Positions 1-13,400 of a stretch of 64,000 bases of DNA are shown here, in pieces (the stretch's first letter is position 1; every line of letters begins with the position of its first letter). The notes beneath the pieces were generated by a model. That model made no database searches. It worked only from the letters and a program-made list of their open reading frames with translations, and had not been told where the DNA came from. The stretch comes from Basidiobolus meristosporus CBS 931.73 (taxonomy: Eukaryota; Fungi; Basidiobolomycota), in the NCBI GenBank assembly GCA_002104905.1, contig MCFE01000338.1:28228-92227 (forward strand), written 5' to 3'. The position numbers were made by a program, and so were the translations under genes.

Positions 1-347
<347 letters not shown>

Positions 348-630
348 TTATTTTCGTTATTCTGTTTTAGCAATAGCTGATTGGCGAGGGATTTCTTAAC
401 CCTGTTGTCGTGAAAGCTCCCGCAGTCAGTTGGTCATTCGTTCATTAATTTATATTAACGATTACCAGGGCGCTCAATCGAAATATGGATTTAGGTTGAT
501 TAACTAAGAATTGACTTGGATATTTGACAACGAATGTGGTGTATTGTTTTGTTCGAAAAAATCTATCAATATTGACATCGTCCATAGATCAAAACAAACA
601 AATACTGGGTGCTCCAAACAACTGCTTTAA

Positions 631-1479
<849 letters not shown>

Positions 1480-2573
1480 TCACATGGTTCATCCTTACGT
1501 GCTTAACCAGCACTTAGTCGATTCAATTCGTAATCTAACTTTTGAGCACTCTTCTTCGTGTAATTAGAATTCATCAATTTATAAATTGTATTATTTCAAC
1601 ACATGGCTTACGTAGTTGGGTTTGGAGTCTTAATGATACTGTTTATTGACGGATATTTCTGCAAATGTACATGGGGTATTACCGGGTACCAGGTGGCTTG
1701 TAAAATTGAATGTTACTGTGAATCATCAACGATTGATAGTTGAGAAGGCTCGATAAGATCTACTTCACACCATCCTCAATATCATACATACTGAGTCTAG
1801 GCCTGCTTTTGACTCGCTTCAAAAACCTATGCCGCAATGGTATCCAAGCTTCATGTATTTGGGCGCACGTTGGTTACGACCGGTTAGAATTTCTGTATAT
1901 GGATCCTTTGGGGTTAGCAAAGCAACAAAGCGACGGGAAGCCTGTTCCCAACGAGAGACACCTCGAACCTCCACCACGACATGGAGAATGGTCAACAGAA
2001 TCGAGACGACGACAAATAGCGAGGAATCCATGTTGATGCGAAGTAAGGAATTTATCTTTGAAGAGCAACATTGTTCACGAGTTTTATAGTGTTTTGGAAA
2101 ATTCCGATTAAGAACTCATTGGGTAAGGAGTGGTGGTCACAAGGAAACGGAATAGACCATTATAATGTTGGGCTTTGCCACAATCCATCACGAAATGATT
2201 GTGTGATACAGGTGGTTTAGGATGATTTGCTGCATTGCCAGTGCTTACCTACCACCGCCATTACTACTGACCATGCTCACCACCCCCTATTTAATTTGGG
2301 TTATTTTGGCATCTCATGCACCGGATTGTTCCTTATGCAACGCTGTTATTCTCCTCATGCACTCCGTTGAAAGCGTGAAGAGGTATCATTGCCACCGTCT
2401 CCCCTGCGATCATTGGGGCTGTTAGGGTTTAGTCCCGATTTACCCCAGGTGGATTCATTGCAGTGATTGAAATAGATTTGGAACATTGAACGGTCTTGGA
2501 ACGCGAAAGGCTATTCACCAAGATATCAAGGGTAACTTTATATACGAGTATAGTCTGTGTACAAAATGCTAAA

Positions 2574-3478
2574 TTAATTGTCTGGTGTACGATTCCAATC
2601 TTGCTCGACTTTTTGGATTAGTTCCTCACGATCAAACTTGCGGACTTCAGTGGCATCACGCCAGGTGAGCAGAGGGTCGGTGAACGGCATCCACAGGCTC
2701 TCAAGGTCGTATTTTTTACGGGATTCTGAAGAAAACAGTTGAACGACCATCTTTGAAAGATCGATCAATGTCCAGTCCTCACTGTTTCGTCCCTCAACGT
2801 GGATATGTGAGGGGATCGACTTATCGAATGGACGGTGGCGCTTGACCTAGACATTTCGTTGGTTAGTATGAGTCGACCACACCCAAACTCCCCAGGAGTC
2901 GTAACAACACTCACCTTGCGTAGTAATTCTTCAGCCAACGAGTCCAAGTGACGAGCGGAAGTTGCTTCCGCGACAATCATATAGTCTGTCCATTCACACT
3001 TTCTGCGCATATCCAACACCACAAGGTTCTGTGCTTTTTCTTTTTTCAGGAAATCGACGCATTTCTCCAACGTCAACAGTCCATCCTCGGCGGTGATTTT
3101 CTCCTCGCTCGTATCGTATCCGCCCCCGGGCTGCAGGTTTTGGGCCTTACGCTGCCAAAGTGGTACGAAGCTGCTTTTGTCTCCGTCGATTAGCGGAGTC
3201 TGCTCGTATTCAGGGTCAACAAACCAGTCGTCGTTGGCATTTTCTTGGTCCTCGTCGTCGTCCTGTAGAGCGAACAACTCGGGAAACTCTTCCGGGTTTA
3301 ATGTTTCTAATTCCTGCTCTTTTGAAACGGGGTCTTTCGAGTCCGTATCCTGTGTGGTGGTTTTCTTGGTGTTGAAGAGTCTATGCTGGAAGGGTGAAGG
3401 TCTCGTAAAGGTAGCCACTCTTATCCCAAGAGTGGCTGTTGTGAATGGGGAGGGAGCCCTGAGGAAATTGCGTAACAT
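2574..3478 (-). CDS. MALSU1: Mitochondrial ribosome silencing factor (RsfS/Iojap/MALSU1, ATP25 N-terminal-like), 2 exons
   Basis: Mitochondrial presequence-like N-terminus; VVLDMRRKCEWTDYMIVAEATSARHL; after a GT-AG intron (2847-2914) VEGRNSEDWTLIDLSKMVVQLF...YDLESLW. Confidence 0.85.
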
Positions 3479-3838
3479 GGGGATATGTGCTATGTGAACA
3501 GGTGAATAGATGGATTTGATACAATTCTATGAAAGGTTTCCTAACCACAAAGTATACTGCAGAACGGACCAAATAACAAAATTCAATTCAATGAAAAAAA
3601 TTTCCTTGTCCAGGTAGCAGTAGATTAAAATTTTGATGTTTTACTCGGGCCAATCATGAATCCGCAATAACGCTTTCTTGCCATAAAAGTCTCTACACAG
3701 TGGTTACATGCGTGACTGCAAAATGAGAAATGAGCTTATCTGCTCCAGCGTTGATTCAAGCAAGTGAACGCTCGATTTTTATTGAAAGTGTAATTATGAC
3801 CAGCAGGATAAAATACCTGATTTGCTATGAACATGGCT

Positions 3839-4289
3839 CTAGTTGATTTTTACATCAGCGCAGTTGACATAGTTCTCGTTAGTAAGTTGGGCATTCCAGT
3901 GGAATCGAAGCACGCACTGCTCACAGACAACCCCCTTGGGCAGTTGCACAGATAGTGCTTTGGTCGCCAGTACGCTCAGCACAATTCCAGGTATGGATTG
4001 TCTTGAACCCGGAGTCTGGGTGGGTTGACAGGTCAATGCTGCAGCTACCCTTGTGTGCAGCACCAATTTCCCAGCTAATTGAGATGCTGGATCCGGACTT
4101 GTAGGCTGTGCTTGGTTTACCAGGAGGGTTACCACCACACGGCATGCTGTTATTTGGGCCACGGGTAATGGTCAGTCCATTGCCCTTATCACCAGGAGGG
4201 GTTCTTACTTCAGGTTTGCTCATATAGCCATGTCCCAGAACGTGAATGATGAACGAAATCAGCAAAGTAATGACGAAAAGTTTGGTCAT
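3839..4289 (-). CDS. Small secreted histidine-brace LPMO-like protein, copy B (apparent +1 frameshift at ~3954)
   Basis: Signal peptide then HGYMSKP; AAHKGSC; C-terminal CEQCVLRFHWNAQLTNENYVNCADVKIN lies in another frame; one extra base relative to copy A. Confidence 0.65.
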
Positions 4290-4810
4290 ATTTCTTGGTG
4301 TCTATCCTTGTTGTAGTTGAATGGCAGGTCAAATTGATGAAAGTGGCTTTATATAATATAGCAGCGTACCCCGATCTGATTACAGACCTGACAATAAGGA
4401 TTGCATCTGTTGCAACCGGTATGTAGAAAGTATGATGACCTGAGACTATTACATAATTGATGTGTCCAACGAGACTTCACATTTAGATAGCGAGGAGTAG
4501 TAGAGGTGCATTTTACCCAGGAAATATCATAAACCCCTGATGGTCCTTTGCTCAAGTGAAGAATGAAACTTTCTGTAGATGAAGATTGCGATGAACGCCA
4601 TCTGATTATTAAAACCGTTTCTATCAATGATGTCATCTTCTAACCATAAACTAGGTTCTTATTTTGACAACTAGCTGTAGACGTTAGTGTAGAATTCTCC
4701 CCATGGGATGGATTTTATTTGCTAGAGAAGGTCAGGATACAATGAAATTCGGAATCATGTCCAGCAAGATGCCCAAAGTGACGGTTGGTCTTTACATGAC
4801 AGGGAATGCT

Positions 4811-5272
4811 CTAGTTGATTTGTACATCAGCACAGTTGACATAGTTCTCGTTAGTAAGTTGGGCATTCCAGTGGAATCGAAGCACGCACTGCTCACAGAC
4901 AACCCCCTTGGGCAATTGCACAGATGTGCTTTGGTCGCCAGTACGCTCAGCACAGTTCCAGGTATGGATTGTCTTGAACCCGGAGTCTGGGTGGGTTGAC
5001 AGGTCAATGCTGCAGCTACCCTTGTGTGCAGCACCAATTTCCCAGCTAATTGAGATGCTGGATCCGGACTTGTAGGTTGTGCTTGGTTTACCAGGAGGGT
5101 TACCACCACACGGCATGTTGTTGTTTGGGCCACGGGTAATGGTCAGTCCATTGCCCTTATCACCAGGAGGGGTTCTTACTTCAGGACTGGTCATGTGTCC
5201 ATGGGTTGCCACTTGCACAACAAGGACAGCAATAGTGAAGAATGCTAGGAGTATTCTGGAGATGGCAGCCAT
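4811..5272 (-). CDS. Small secreted histidine-brace LPMO-like protein, copy A (intact)
   Basis: Signal peptide ending VAT then His1 (HGHMTSP), second His (AAHKGSC), Tyr in ENYVNCADV, 6 Cys; intronless 153 aa. Confidence 0.7.
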   Translation of the reverse strand: MAAISRILLAFFTIAVLVVQVATHGHMTSPEVRTPPGDKGNGLTITRGPNNNMPCGGNPPGKPSTTYKSGSSISISWEIGAAHKGSCSIDLSTHPDSGFKTIHTWNCAERTGDQSTSVQLPKGVVCEQCVLRFHWNAQLTNENYVNCADVQIN

Positions 5273-6234
5273 TGTGATAGTAAAGCTCTTTTGTGATGTT
5301 CTAGAAGAATTTTACAGCTTAAATAGCTCAAAGTCTTCTCCATGTTGTGTGAATTCAAACCCGATCCCTACTTTGCCCATTCATTTCATACAAGCTGCAT
5401 TCTTGATTTCATATTGGAGTTAGAAATTTTGGTCGGTGTCCCACTACTAATTTTGGAGGGACCGTATTACCCTAGCACTGAATCCTAACACGGAATCCTA
5501 TTGATCGTTGAAAACTGCCTATTCCTCATCAAGGCTACAATGTGATATTTAACTGGTATTTCTCAGGATACTGTCTTATTTTAATGTTTCTTTCACGCAG
5601 GTGCCTTGTCTCACCTTGCATGTGATCGGTTTAATACTTTATGTGAGGTATCGATACTATTTGGGTGTCACGGGGAAGGTAAAAATTAATCGCCGCAAGT
5701 CATGGTAAGAATTGATCCAATGTTGTGTTTCAAGGGAACAGATGTTGTAACATCCACACCATCAACTTGATAACCAATTAGCTATACCTCACTATCACCA
5801 AATACTTTATTCTGGCTTATATTTAAATCGAAATGCTAGATTGTATGATACATACGACTTTACTAGCAAAGTACTAAAAGAAGTAATCAAATATGTATAT
5901 ATTCAAAACGATTTGCTCAGTTGTAGCGGAGAAAACACCGAATAGTGTCACATATTTCCCAAGTTCCAGTTGGAAAATTGACCAGAAGTCTAGCTCAGAC
6001 TGTTCTGTATAAAGTCCTCAGGATTCAGACTATTTGTACATAATAAATACTAGTCATTGCACCACTATCAAGCCCTGTCCTTCAACACTGATGGTATTTC
6101 GAGTACGACACCATGACGTCAATATCAAACTTTTTTAGACAGTTCGAATCGAAAGAAAATCCCATATCAATTCATATAGACTTGATGTCGCATTGATCAC
6201 TTCAGTATTCTTTCTACGCTAGTGACTACCAACA

Positions 6235-7186
6235 ATGACTACTGCTCCAGTTGTAATCATCACCGGCGCATCCCGGGGTATTGGTCGAGCCATCGCTCTG
6301 GACGTCTTGAAACTCGGTGGAAAGGTAATGGCTGTTGCTCGGTCCGAAGCCGAGCTCAAGAAACTACAGGAAGAAGCTGCCAACCCAGAATCCGTTGCAT
6401 ATTTGGTTGGCGATCTTACTGAGGATGCGGTGGTTAAGAAGGTCGTCGAAGAGACAATCAGCAACTTTGGTAGAGTCACCTCTGTTGTCTTGAATGCAGG
6501 GTAGGCGGCTGTTTTTAGAAGTATCACCCAAACGAGTTTTTAATGAGGTTGGAAATGGTAGAGTCATCGAGCCAGTGAAATCAATTGCGACTAGCTCTAT
6601 TGAAGAATGGAAAAAGTAAGAGATCTTGTTTCGTTTGTTGAGAATTTGAGGCTGAATTCAACCTTACTAGACTTTTCGACATCAACTTTTTCTCCGTGCT
6701 GTCTCTTGTGCAACAGTCCCTACCTCACTTGAGAAAAACAAAGGGTAACCTTGTGATGGTGAGCTCGGGAGCAGGGTACAAAGCCTATGAAGGATGGTCT
6801 GCCTACTGCTGGTAATATCGTTATCATATAGAGTTGTTGGTTGCTAATTGGCGCTAACCAAATGTATATTGTACAGCTCAAAAGCCGCCATCAATATGCT
6901 TGCCTTGAGTGTTTCCAAAGAAGAGACTGACGTCAAATCGATCGCTGTTCGTCCAGGTGCGGTTGATACAGATATGCAAAAAACTATTCGCGAGCTAGGT
7001 GTGGGTAACATGGCCGAATACGACTACTCTCGCTTTGTCACAATGAAAACAACCTCTACTCTGGTCAAGCCAGAAGATTGCGGCTATGTGATGGCCAAGC
7101 TGGCAGTTCAGGGTGTTCCAGCTGATCTCAATGGTGAATTTGTTAGCTGGGACGATGTTGCTTTGAAGGACTACAGAAGAGAATGA
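6235..7186 (+). CDS. Short-chain dehydrogenase/reductase (benzil/sepiapterin-reductase-like), 4 exons
   Basis: TGASRGIG Rossmann motif, LNAG, VSSGA, spliced YCCSK catalytic motif, RPGAVDTDMQ. Confidence 0.9.
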
Positions 7187-7304
7187 GGTCGTAAAGAAAT
7201 ATACCATTTTTGAATCTGAAGTCCTGTTTGTTGAATAAAGGCAGTACCAATCTAATCTAGAATGACTCGAAGAATGCAATCATTTATTTCTAGTGTTTAA
7301 ATGA

Positions 7305-8020
7305 CTAAAGCTTGGATGCTAGGGTTCCTTCAAAAGTCTTCTTGAATGATTCCCTTTCAATAATTCTCTTGTACCAAGCGCTTAATTTAGGATAATCTCC
7401 ATCGCTGGTTAGAACTTGCCTTCGGGGATCACCGCCAGGTCGGAAAGTGGGGGGATCAAGAATAAATCAGCCCAAGTCAAAGTGTTGCCCATCACATAGG
7501 GCCCCGCTTCGTCCAGCATATCCTCAACTATTCTCAAAACCTCCTCCATCTCCTCGACTCCTTGTTTAATGCTGTCTTTGATATCATTTTCACTCTTGCC
7601 TTCATTTTGGAGCGAGAGACGAGGCTTGACTACGCCGTGCTCAACTCGGTTAAATACGAACTGGGAGATAAACGAGATCCAACGGTTTAGAATGGCATTG
7701 GCTTGTACATTCTCTCTCTCGGGTCGAAGCTTGGATTTGTCTTGGAAGGCCTCCTCGATATAATTGGCGATTGCTACTGACTCGAACAACCAAAAGCCAT
7801 TGTGAGAAAAGGAGGGTATGAATCCCAAGGGGTGGTGGGTTTTTGCACCCTCCGAGTGGGGGAGCTCAGGCTGTTGAACGAAATCCAAGCCTTTCTCGTG
7901 GAGCCTTTAAAAGGAGGATTAGCAGTCAGACTGTAAACTCAAATCCTTCCTACTTTACCCTAATGCAATAGTGCGCGTAAAAGTGGATACTGGGTTCCCG
8001 ACAAGGATGATACTTGACAT
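7305..8020 (-). CDS. Glutathione S-transferase (apparent 1-nt frameshift near 7411)
   Basis: STFTRTIALG/LHEKG, HPLGFIPSF, FESVAIANYIE, GNTLTWADLFLIP; C-terminal YPKLSAWYKRIIERESFKKT in a shifted frame. Confidence 0.85.
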
Positions 8021-8632
8021 GACTTCAATATGGCTAAGATGCGAAGCAAGGCCAACAAAAGGCACAATGGAAGTACTGATGAGATAATCGACCATTGTGA
8101 CGTAAGATCTCGATAGGATCACCCCTCCATATTGATTCATTGGTATTTGGATGGAGGTCTTGGTGTCGGTTGCACCCACGCATTCCACATATCGGCCTAA
8201 GCCAAGGGACTCCTCCCTGAATTAGGACGTTTTCACTGACACATTAATCAAGATATATATGGGGATTGGGCAGAGAACAATGGAGCACTTCCCGCTAAGC
8301 CATCTGCTTCAGGTCAGCTTATGGATCGGTATAAGCCAAATCTCCACCGTTCAGGGTCTTGTTACCTCTTCTGGCAGGGCTTTAACAGAAAGGTGTCGGA
8401 ATTTTAATCTTTAATGGAGCTGAATCTCCTTATCAATCGAGCAAAAGCCCTCCTCCAGCCTTATAACTCGTCTACGTCGACAGTAGAGCCAGTAATGAGC
8501 CTTGAATACGGATGTGAAGCGGCATCTCATAAAAAGACATCATCGTTTACTATTGGAGATTCTTGCATTCTTTGCTCTCCGAACTTCCCAGAGACATCTG
8601 CTTCAGAATACTACTGGAGAAATCTTCTCAGC

Positions 8633-9978
8633 ATGTCGTCGGTCCGTGCGCCACCATCACCCGACTCCACCGCAAATCCTCAACAAGACATCGCACCTGA
8701 GCCTAGCTCTTCTAAATCCAAACCAAAAAAAAATAAAGCCAGCTCCGAAGCCCCCTTTACATCCAAGTTTTCAATCCACGAATCCCCTGATATTCCTAAC
8801 TCATTCTCCAGTGCTTTCAGCACCTTCTCCCTGAACTCCACCCACCAACCTCCCAACTCCAATGCCACTCCAGAGAAACCCTACGCCTGTAACCAGTGCG
8901 ACCAGACTTTCAGCCGCCACCATAACCTCAAGTCGCACTATTTGACGCACAATCAGGAGCGTCAGCATCAATGTACAATATGCCATCACTTCTTTAGACG
9001 CCAGCATGATCTCAAAAGACATTTGAAGCTTCACACTGGAGAGCGCCCTCATGAGTGCGAAACATGTGGCCGGACCTTTGCCAGATTAGATGCATTGAAT
9101 CGCCATCGGAAAGCCGAAAGCGGGACTGGGTGCAGCACCTCAAAGAACCGGGGGAAAGTGGCGATCGTTCCACACGACGCCTTCTCTTCTGAGCCAGCAT
9201 CCAGCAGTCTTCACCAGCAAGATCAGAAACAGCCCCCGCTCCGGATCGCCACATCAATGCATCAATCCAGCTCAACGGAGTATATTTTCTATCACCACTC
9301 TCCTCTTGACCACGATTCCTCCATTGAACTGAACTCCCCCACTATTCCCTCATCCTCATCACAGCCACCGGGTGGTCCTACATTACCAAATCCAGCCTCT
9401 CCCCAATCAATGCAAATATGGCAGGTGAGTGGTGACTCGATTTTTCTGGTTATGCACGCTGCACTCACAACCTCTCTTCCTTTTCCCGCTCCAGATGTAC
9501 CAAGCCCCCCGAGAAGCTACACCTGACGGCATCTCGCATTCAGTCCATCCCAATCGAGCCAGTGTGGAGGACAGGCATCTTTCTGAGAGGGAGCACTCCT
9601 ATGAGCTGCAAAGGGGCTCTTCGGTCTCCACTTTATCGGACGAGGAAGGTAAATCTGGCTACGACAGAAGTCATCTCTACTCGGAAGAGTACCTGCAGGA
9701 GCGAAACAAGTATCTTGAATCAAGAGTGAGCGAGCTGGAGCACGAAGTAATAGCTGAGCGGAAGCTGCGGAGGCATCGAGAGTATCTCGAGGAGCGTGTC
9801 CGAGAACTGGAGATTGAGGTAAACCATCTTGTGTACACCGTTGGAAACCACGCAGACTTCTCAACGGCCCAAAAATCTCTAGAAATCGCTGCTCAAAAGC
9901 CTACTCATCGAAAGAAGGGACGAGTCCAACGCCACGCAATACAAGCCTTCCTTTGAAAAGAAGCGAAAATCCACCTGA
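8633..9978 (+). CDS. C2H2 zinc-finger transcription factor (3 fingers) with C-terminal coiled coil; start uncertain
   Basis: KPYACNQCDQTFSRHHNLKSHYLTH, HQCTICHHFFRRQHDLKRHLKLHTGERP, ECETCGRTFARLDALNRH; two GT-AG introns; ends ...KKRKST. Confidence 0.88.
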
Positions 9979-10477
9979 TTTGAGCCGCTTGGATGCATAG
10001 ATTTAATGCAGAATGTGAATAGCAAAGCTTATAATTGATTAAGCTTAGTTGATTTTCCTTGTAATATATTTTCCCTTCTATATATAAATATGCATGGTAA
10101 TCTGGACTCTACGGAGCAGTGGAATGGGGCCATCATGGCCACTCACCAAAAATGATTGTTTGCACATTCAATCGGGTATTCCAGCGTTTCCGAAATCTAG
10201 ATGCTGGCAACCAACACAACGCCTTTGCAGAACTGAACATACCTGGATAGCGACGTAATTGTTGTTCAGATTGGGTTGTTAGCAGAGCGGGAAACAAGAG
10301 CTATTAGCTGGTGATGGGGCTAAATATAGCGCTTGGCACCAGGGGTCTCTGATTGGTTCCGAGTTTAGAAAGATTAATTTCGTGCATAGGTCTGAATCGG
10401 TTATATCCAACAAAATACAACCGGGACGATATATATGTCGTGAAGCACTAATCGCACGCTACGTTATCCTTGAAAAA

Positions 10478-11434
10478 ATGAAGCCTTCTTTACAGTGCTT
10501 TACAGCCTTGCTAACGATAGCCTCGGTTTGTTCCCAAGACTTGGCTTCGAGCCTGGGTCTGACCTCTAGCTGGCAGCCAGCCATCAACTCCGACAATCCG
10601 ACCGACTCGAAAATCGGCAACTGGAATTTTGTATCGTCAACCAAGGCGTCGCTAGACAACCTGAAAGTGGTCGTGGACCCAATCACCAACACCACCCAAA
10701 AGGTCTATAGCGTATTTTACCCCAAAGATAGTTACAGTTTAAAATCCTCGCCATTAGGTGGTGTCGAATTTTTCTCCCAGCCATTCGTGGGGCAGAACTT
10801 CGACCGCGCCTTACTAAGTTACGAAGTTGGTTTCCCAGCTAGCTTCCAATGGCAGAAAGGCGGAAAGCTTCCTGGTCTGTTTGGTGGTGATGCTAAACAA
10901 GGCTGCACTGGTGGTGAAGTAAGCAATGGCGACAGCTGCTTCTCTGCGCGGTTGATGTGGAGAGAGCGCGGCTCTGGGGAGGTCTATGCGTATATTCCCA
11001 ACAGCAAAGACCTCTGCTCCAATCCCCGAGCCACTTGTCGTGACAAATATGGGGTGTCGTTAGGGCAGGGTTTACCGTTCAGTCTTGGAGTTTGGAATAA
11101 GGTTCAGCTCTATATTCAATTGAACACGCCAGGGAAAAGCAACGGTGTTCTGAAATTGTACCTTAACGACAAAGAGTGGATGGAGATGTCGGGCATGGTT
11201 TTCCGGAAAACTGGAGCATTCGCCATCAACAACGTGCTGTTCAGTACGTTCTTCGGTGGTGGCGACCCCTCTTACGCCACACCAGTGGATACCTATACTT
11301 ACTATCGTAACATCCAACTAAATGTTGGTGACCCGGTACAACTTAGCTCAGGTCACTCCATTCTAGGCACAGGTCTGCATACTTGGGCATCCCTTCTGTC
11401 TGGGTTAGCGGTGTGCTGGTGCTATTTACTTTAG
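10478..11434 (+). CDS. Secreted polysaccharide lyase family 14 (alginate/glucuronan lyase-like) with hydrophobic C-terminal tail
   Basis: Signal peptide MKPSLQCFTALLTIASVCS; PL14 motifs KGGKLPGLFGG, FSARLMWR, FSTFFGG. Confidence 0.85.
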   Translation: MKPSLQCFTALLTIASVCSQDLASSLGLTSSWQPAINSDNPTDSKIGNWNFVSSTKASLDNLKVVVDPITNTTQKVYSVFYPKDSYSLKSSPLGGVEFFSQPFVGQNFDRALLSYEVGFPASFQWQKGGKLPGLFGGDAKQGCTGGEVSNGDSCFSARLMWRERGSGEVYAYIPNSKDLCSNPRATCRDKYGVSLGQGLPFSLGVWNKVQLYIQLNTPGKSNGVLKLYLNDKEWMEMSGMVFRKTGAFAINNVLFSTFFGGGDPSYATPVDTYTYYRNIQLNVGDPVQLSSGHSILGTGLHTWASLLSGLAVCWCYLL

Positions 11435-12121
11435 ATGATTCAGTTTCATTTTCATTAGTATACCACTACCCTACTACCTCACTACCCAATGTAACCTAGT
11501 TATCCCTAACTTAATTAAGCGTTTTTGTCTAATACCTGTGCTTGAGCATGTGGAGGTTTAAGCAACATGCAGAAATAAACTTGGAAACAAACACCATCGG
11601 TGGGTTTGATATGTATCACTTCACCAAATATGGGCAACACAGGTCGGTGTGGACAGAGCACGTTGTGATGGAGCACATGTGCTGAGCCCTAATAACGCTT
11701 CAGCCTCATCGTCCATGATCTAACATGGAGGTAAAGCCAAGCTCATGCATTGTAAAATGATCCCTCTTCCGCCCCTATCAGTCTTGAACAGCGTAATATC
11801 GATAATCCGATAACAGACAGGATTATCCAATAATCGAGGGTATGCTGTGACTCACCAAATGTCAACGTTTGACACTGATTTCTTGCGTTACCTTTTGACA
11901 CTCCATTGCAGATTAAGAGCGATTTCAAATGGCTAGGAAATTATATTGCAATCTAAGTGAGATTGTACTTCAATCACATTAGAGGGGGAAGACATACTCA
12001 GGAGGCAGTCACGTTTGATTGAGGGGCATCAATAAGGCAAAAGCGGAGTAAGGGATCCGACGCGTATATATAGCAGCCATCATTCCACCGAGTCAGCATC
12101 ATTCATATTTTTTCTCTGAAT

Positions 12122-13400
12122 ATGTCCACTCAACAATATAACTCTTATGCGCTACCACTTATCGAGGATGATATTTTGGAAGTTATCCGATCCCATGAGC
12201 GTGAACGAAAGCTGCTGATGATTCCTGGTAAGCAGGCGGTGGTCATCTGTTTTGAATCTCCACCATTTCTAATCTATCTAATGATACACAGGCCCAATCG
12301 AATGCCACGAAGATGTCCTTGAGGCCATGCAAACTGGTGCCACTTCACACACTGATCCGAGCTTCATCAATATTTTTGGTGAATGTTTGGAAATGCTCCG
12401 AGTAGTGTTATATAGCTCTGGCCAGCCATTTGTTGTTTCGGGATCTGGTACCCTGTCCTGGGACATGGTGGCGAGCAATCTAGTAGAGCCTGGGGAAGAC
12501 GTGTTGGTCGTAAGCAATGGCTTCTTCGGCGACAAATTTGCCGAGTGTTTAGCCGCTTATGGTGCTAGTGTCACCAGCATTGCTTCAATGCCACTTGGAT
12601 CTACGGTCGCGCTGTCGGAAATTAAAAAAGCCCTTCAACGACGAAAGTTCAAACTTGTTGCCTTAACCCATGTTGACACAAGCACCGGAGTTATGTTGGA
12701 TATTCAATCGGCCGCCAGCCTGATTCGTACCATCTCCCCTGAAACCTTGATTGTTGTTGATGGTGTGTGCTCCGTTGGATGTGAGTCGATTCGAATGGAC
12801 GACTGGGGTTTGGACATCGTTGTCACCGCCAGTCAGAAAGCAATCGGTGCACCACCAGGGCTGTCACTGTTGGTGGCCAGCTCACGTGCCATCGAGACGT
12901 TCAAAACACGCAAATCACAGCCCCAAAGCTACTTCGCAGCATGGCAGCGTTGGATCCCCATTATGCAAAGCTACGAGGCGCGCAAACCATCGTACTTTGC
13001 AACACCAGCGGTGCAGCTGGTCATGGCTCTGAACGTAGCCCTCAAAAAGCTACTGAACTACGGGATGGAAAAAAGTTTTGCAAGACACCAAGAGGTCAGC
13101 AATCTGGTCAAGGACACTATCCAAAGTTGGGGATTGGAATTGGTTTCCAATTCGAGGGCCTCTTCTGCAAATGGCCTGACTGCGGTCTATTACCCAGGCG
13201 GTATCCAAGCCACAGATCTGCTACCGAAGATGGCCAAACGCGGTGTAATGATTGCTGGCGGCTTGCACCCAGCTATCGCTACCAAATACTTCAGAATTGG
13301 CCACATGGGGACCTCAGTAATCCAGCCAGATCGACTCCATATAGAAACGTTGCTGAATGCCCTGAAGGACTCTCTTCGCGAGTGCGGTTTCACTTTCTGA
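12122..13400 (+). CDS. AGX1: Alanine-glyoxylate aminotransferase (class V PLP enzyme), 2 exons
   Basis: KLLMIPG/PIE, GSGTLSWD, THVDTSTGV, VDGVCS, TASQKAIGAPPGL, YFATP, FRIGHMG. Confidence 0.95.

Noticed and set aside
1740-2425. Short ORFs between PCNA and RsfS
   Set aside because: No recognisable motif or consistent splice model; cannot support a gene.
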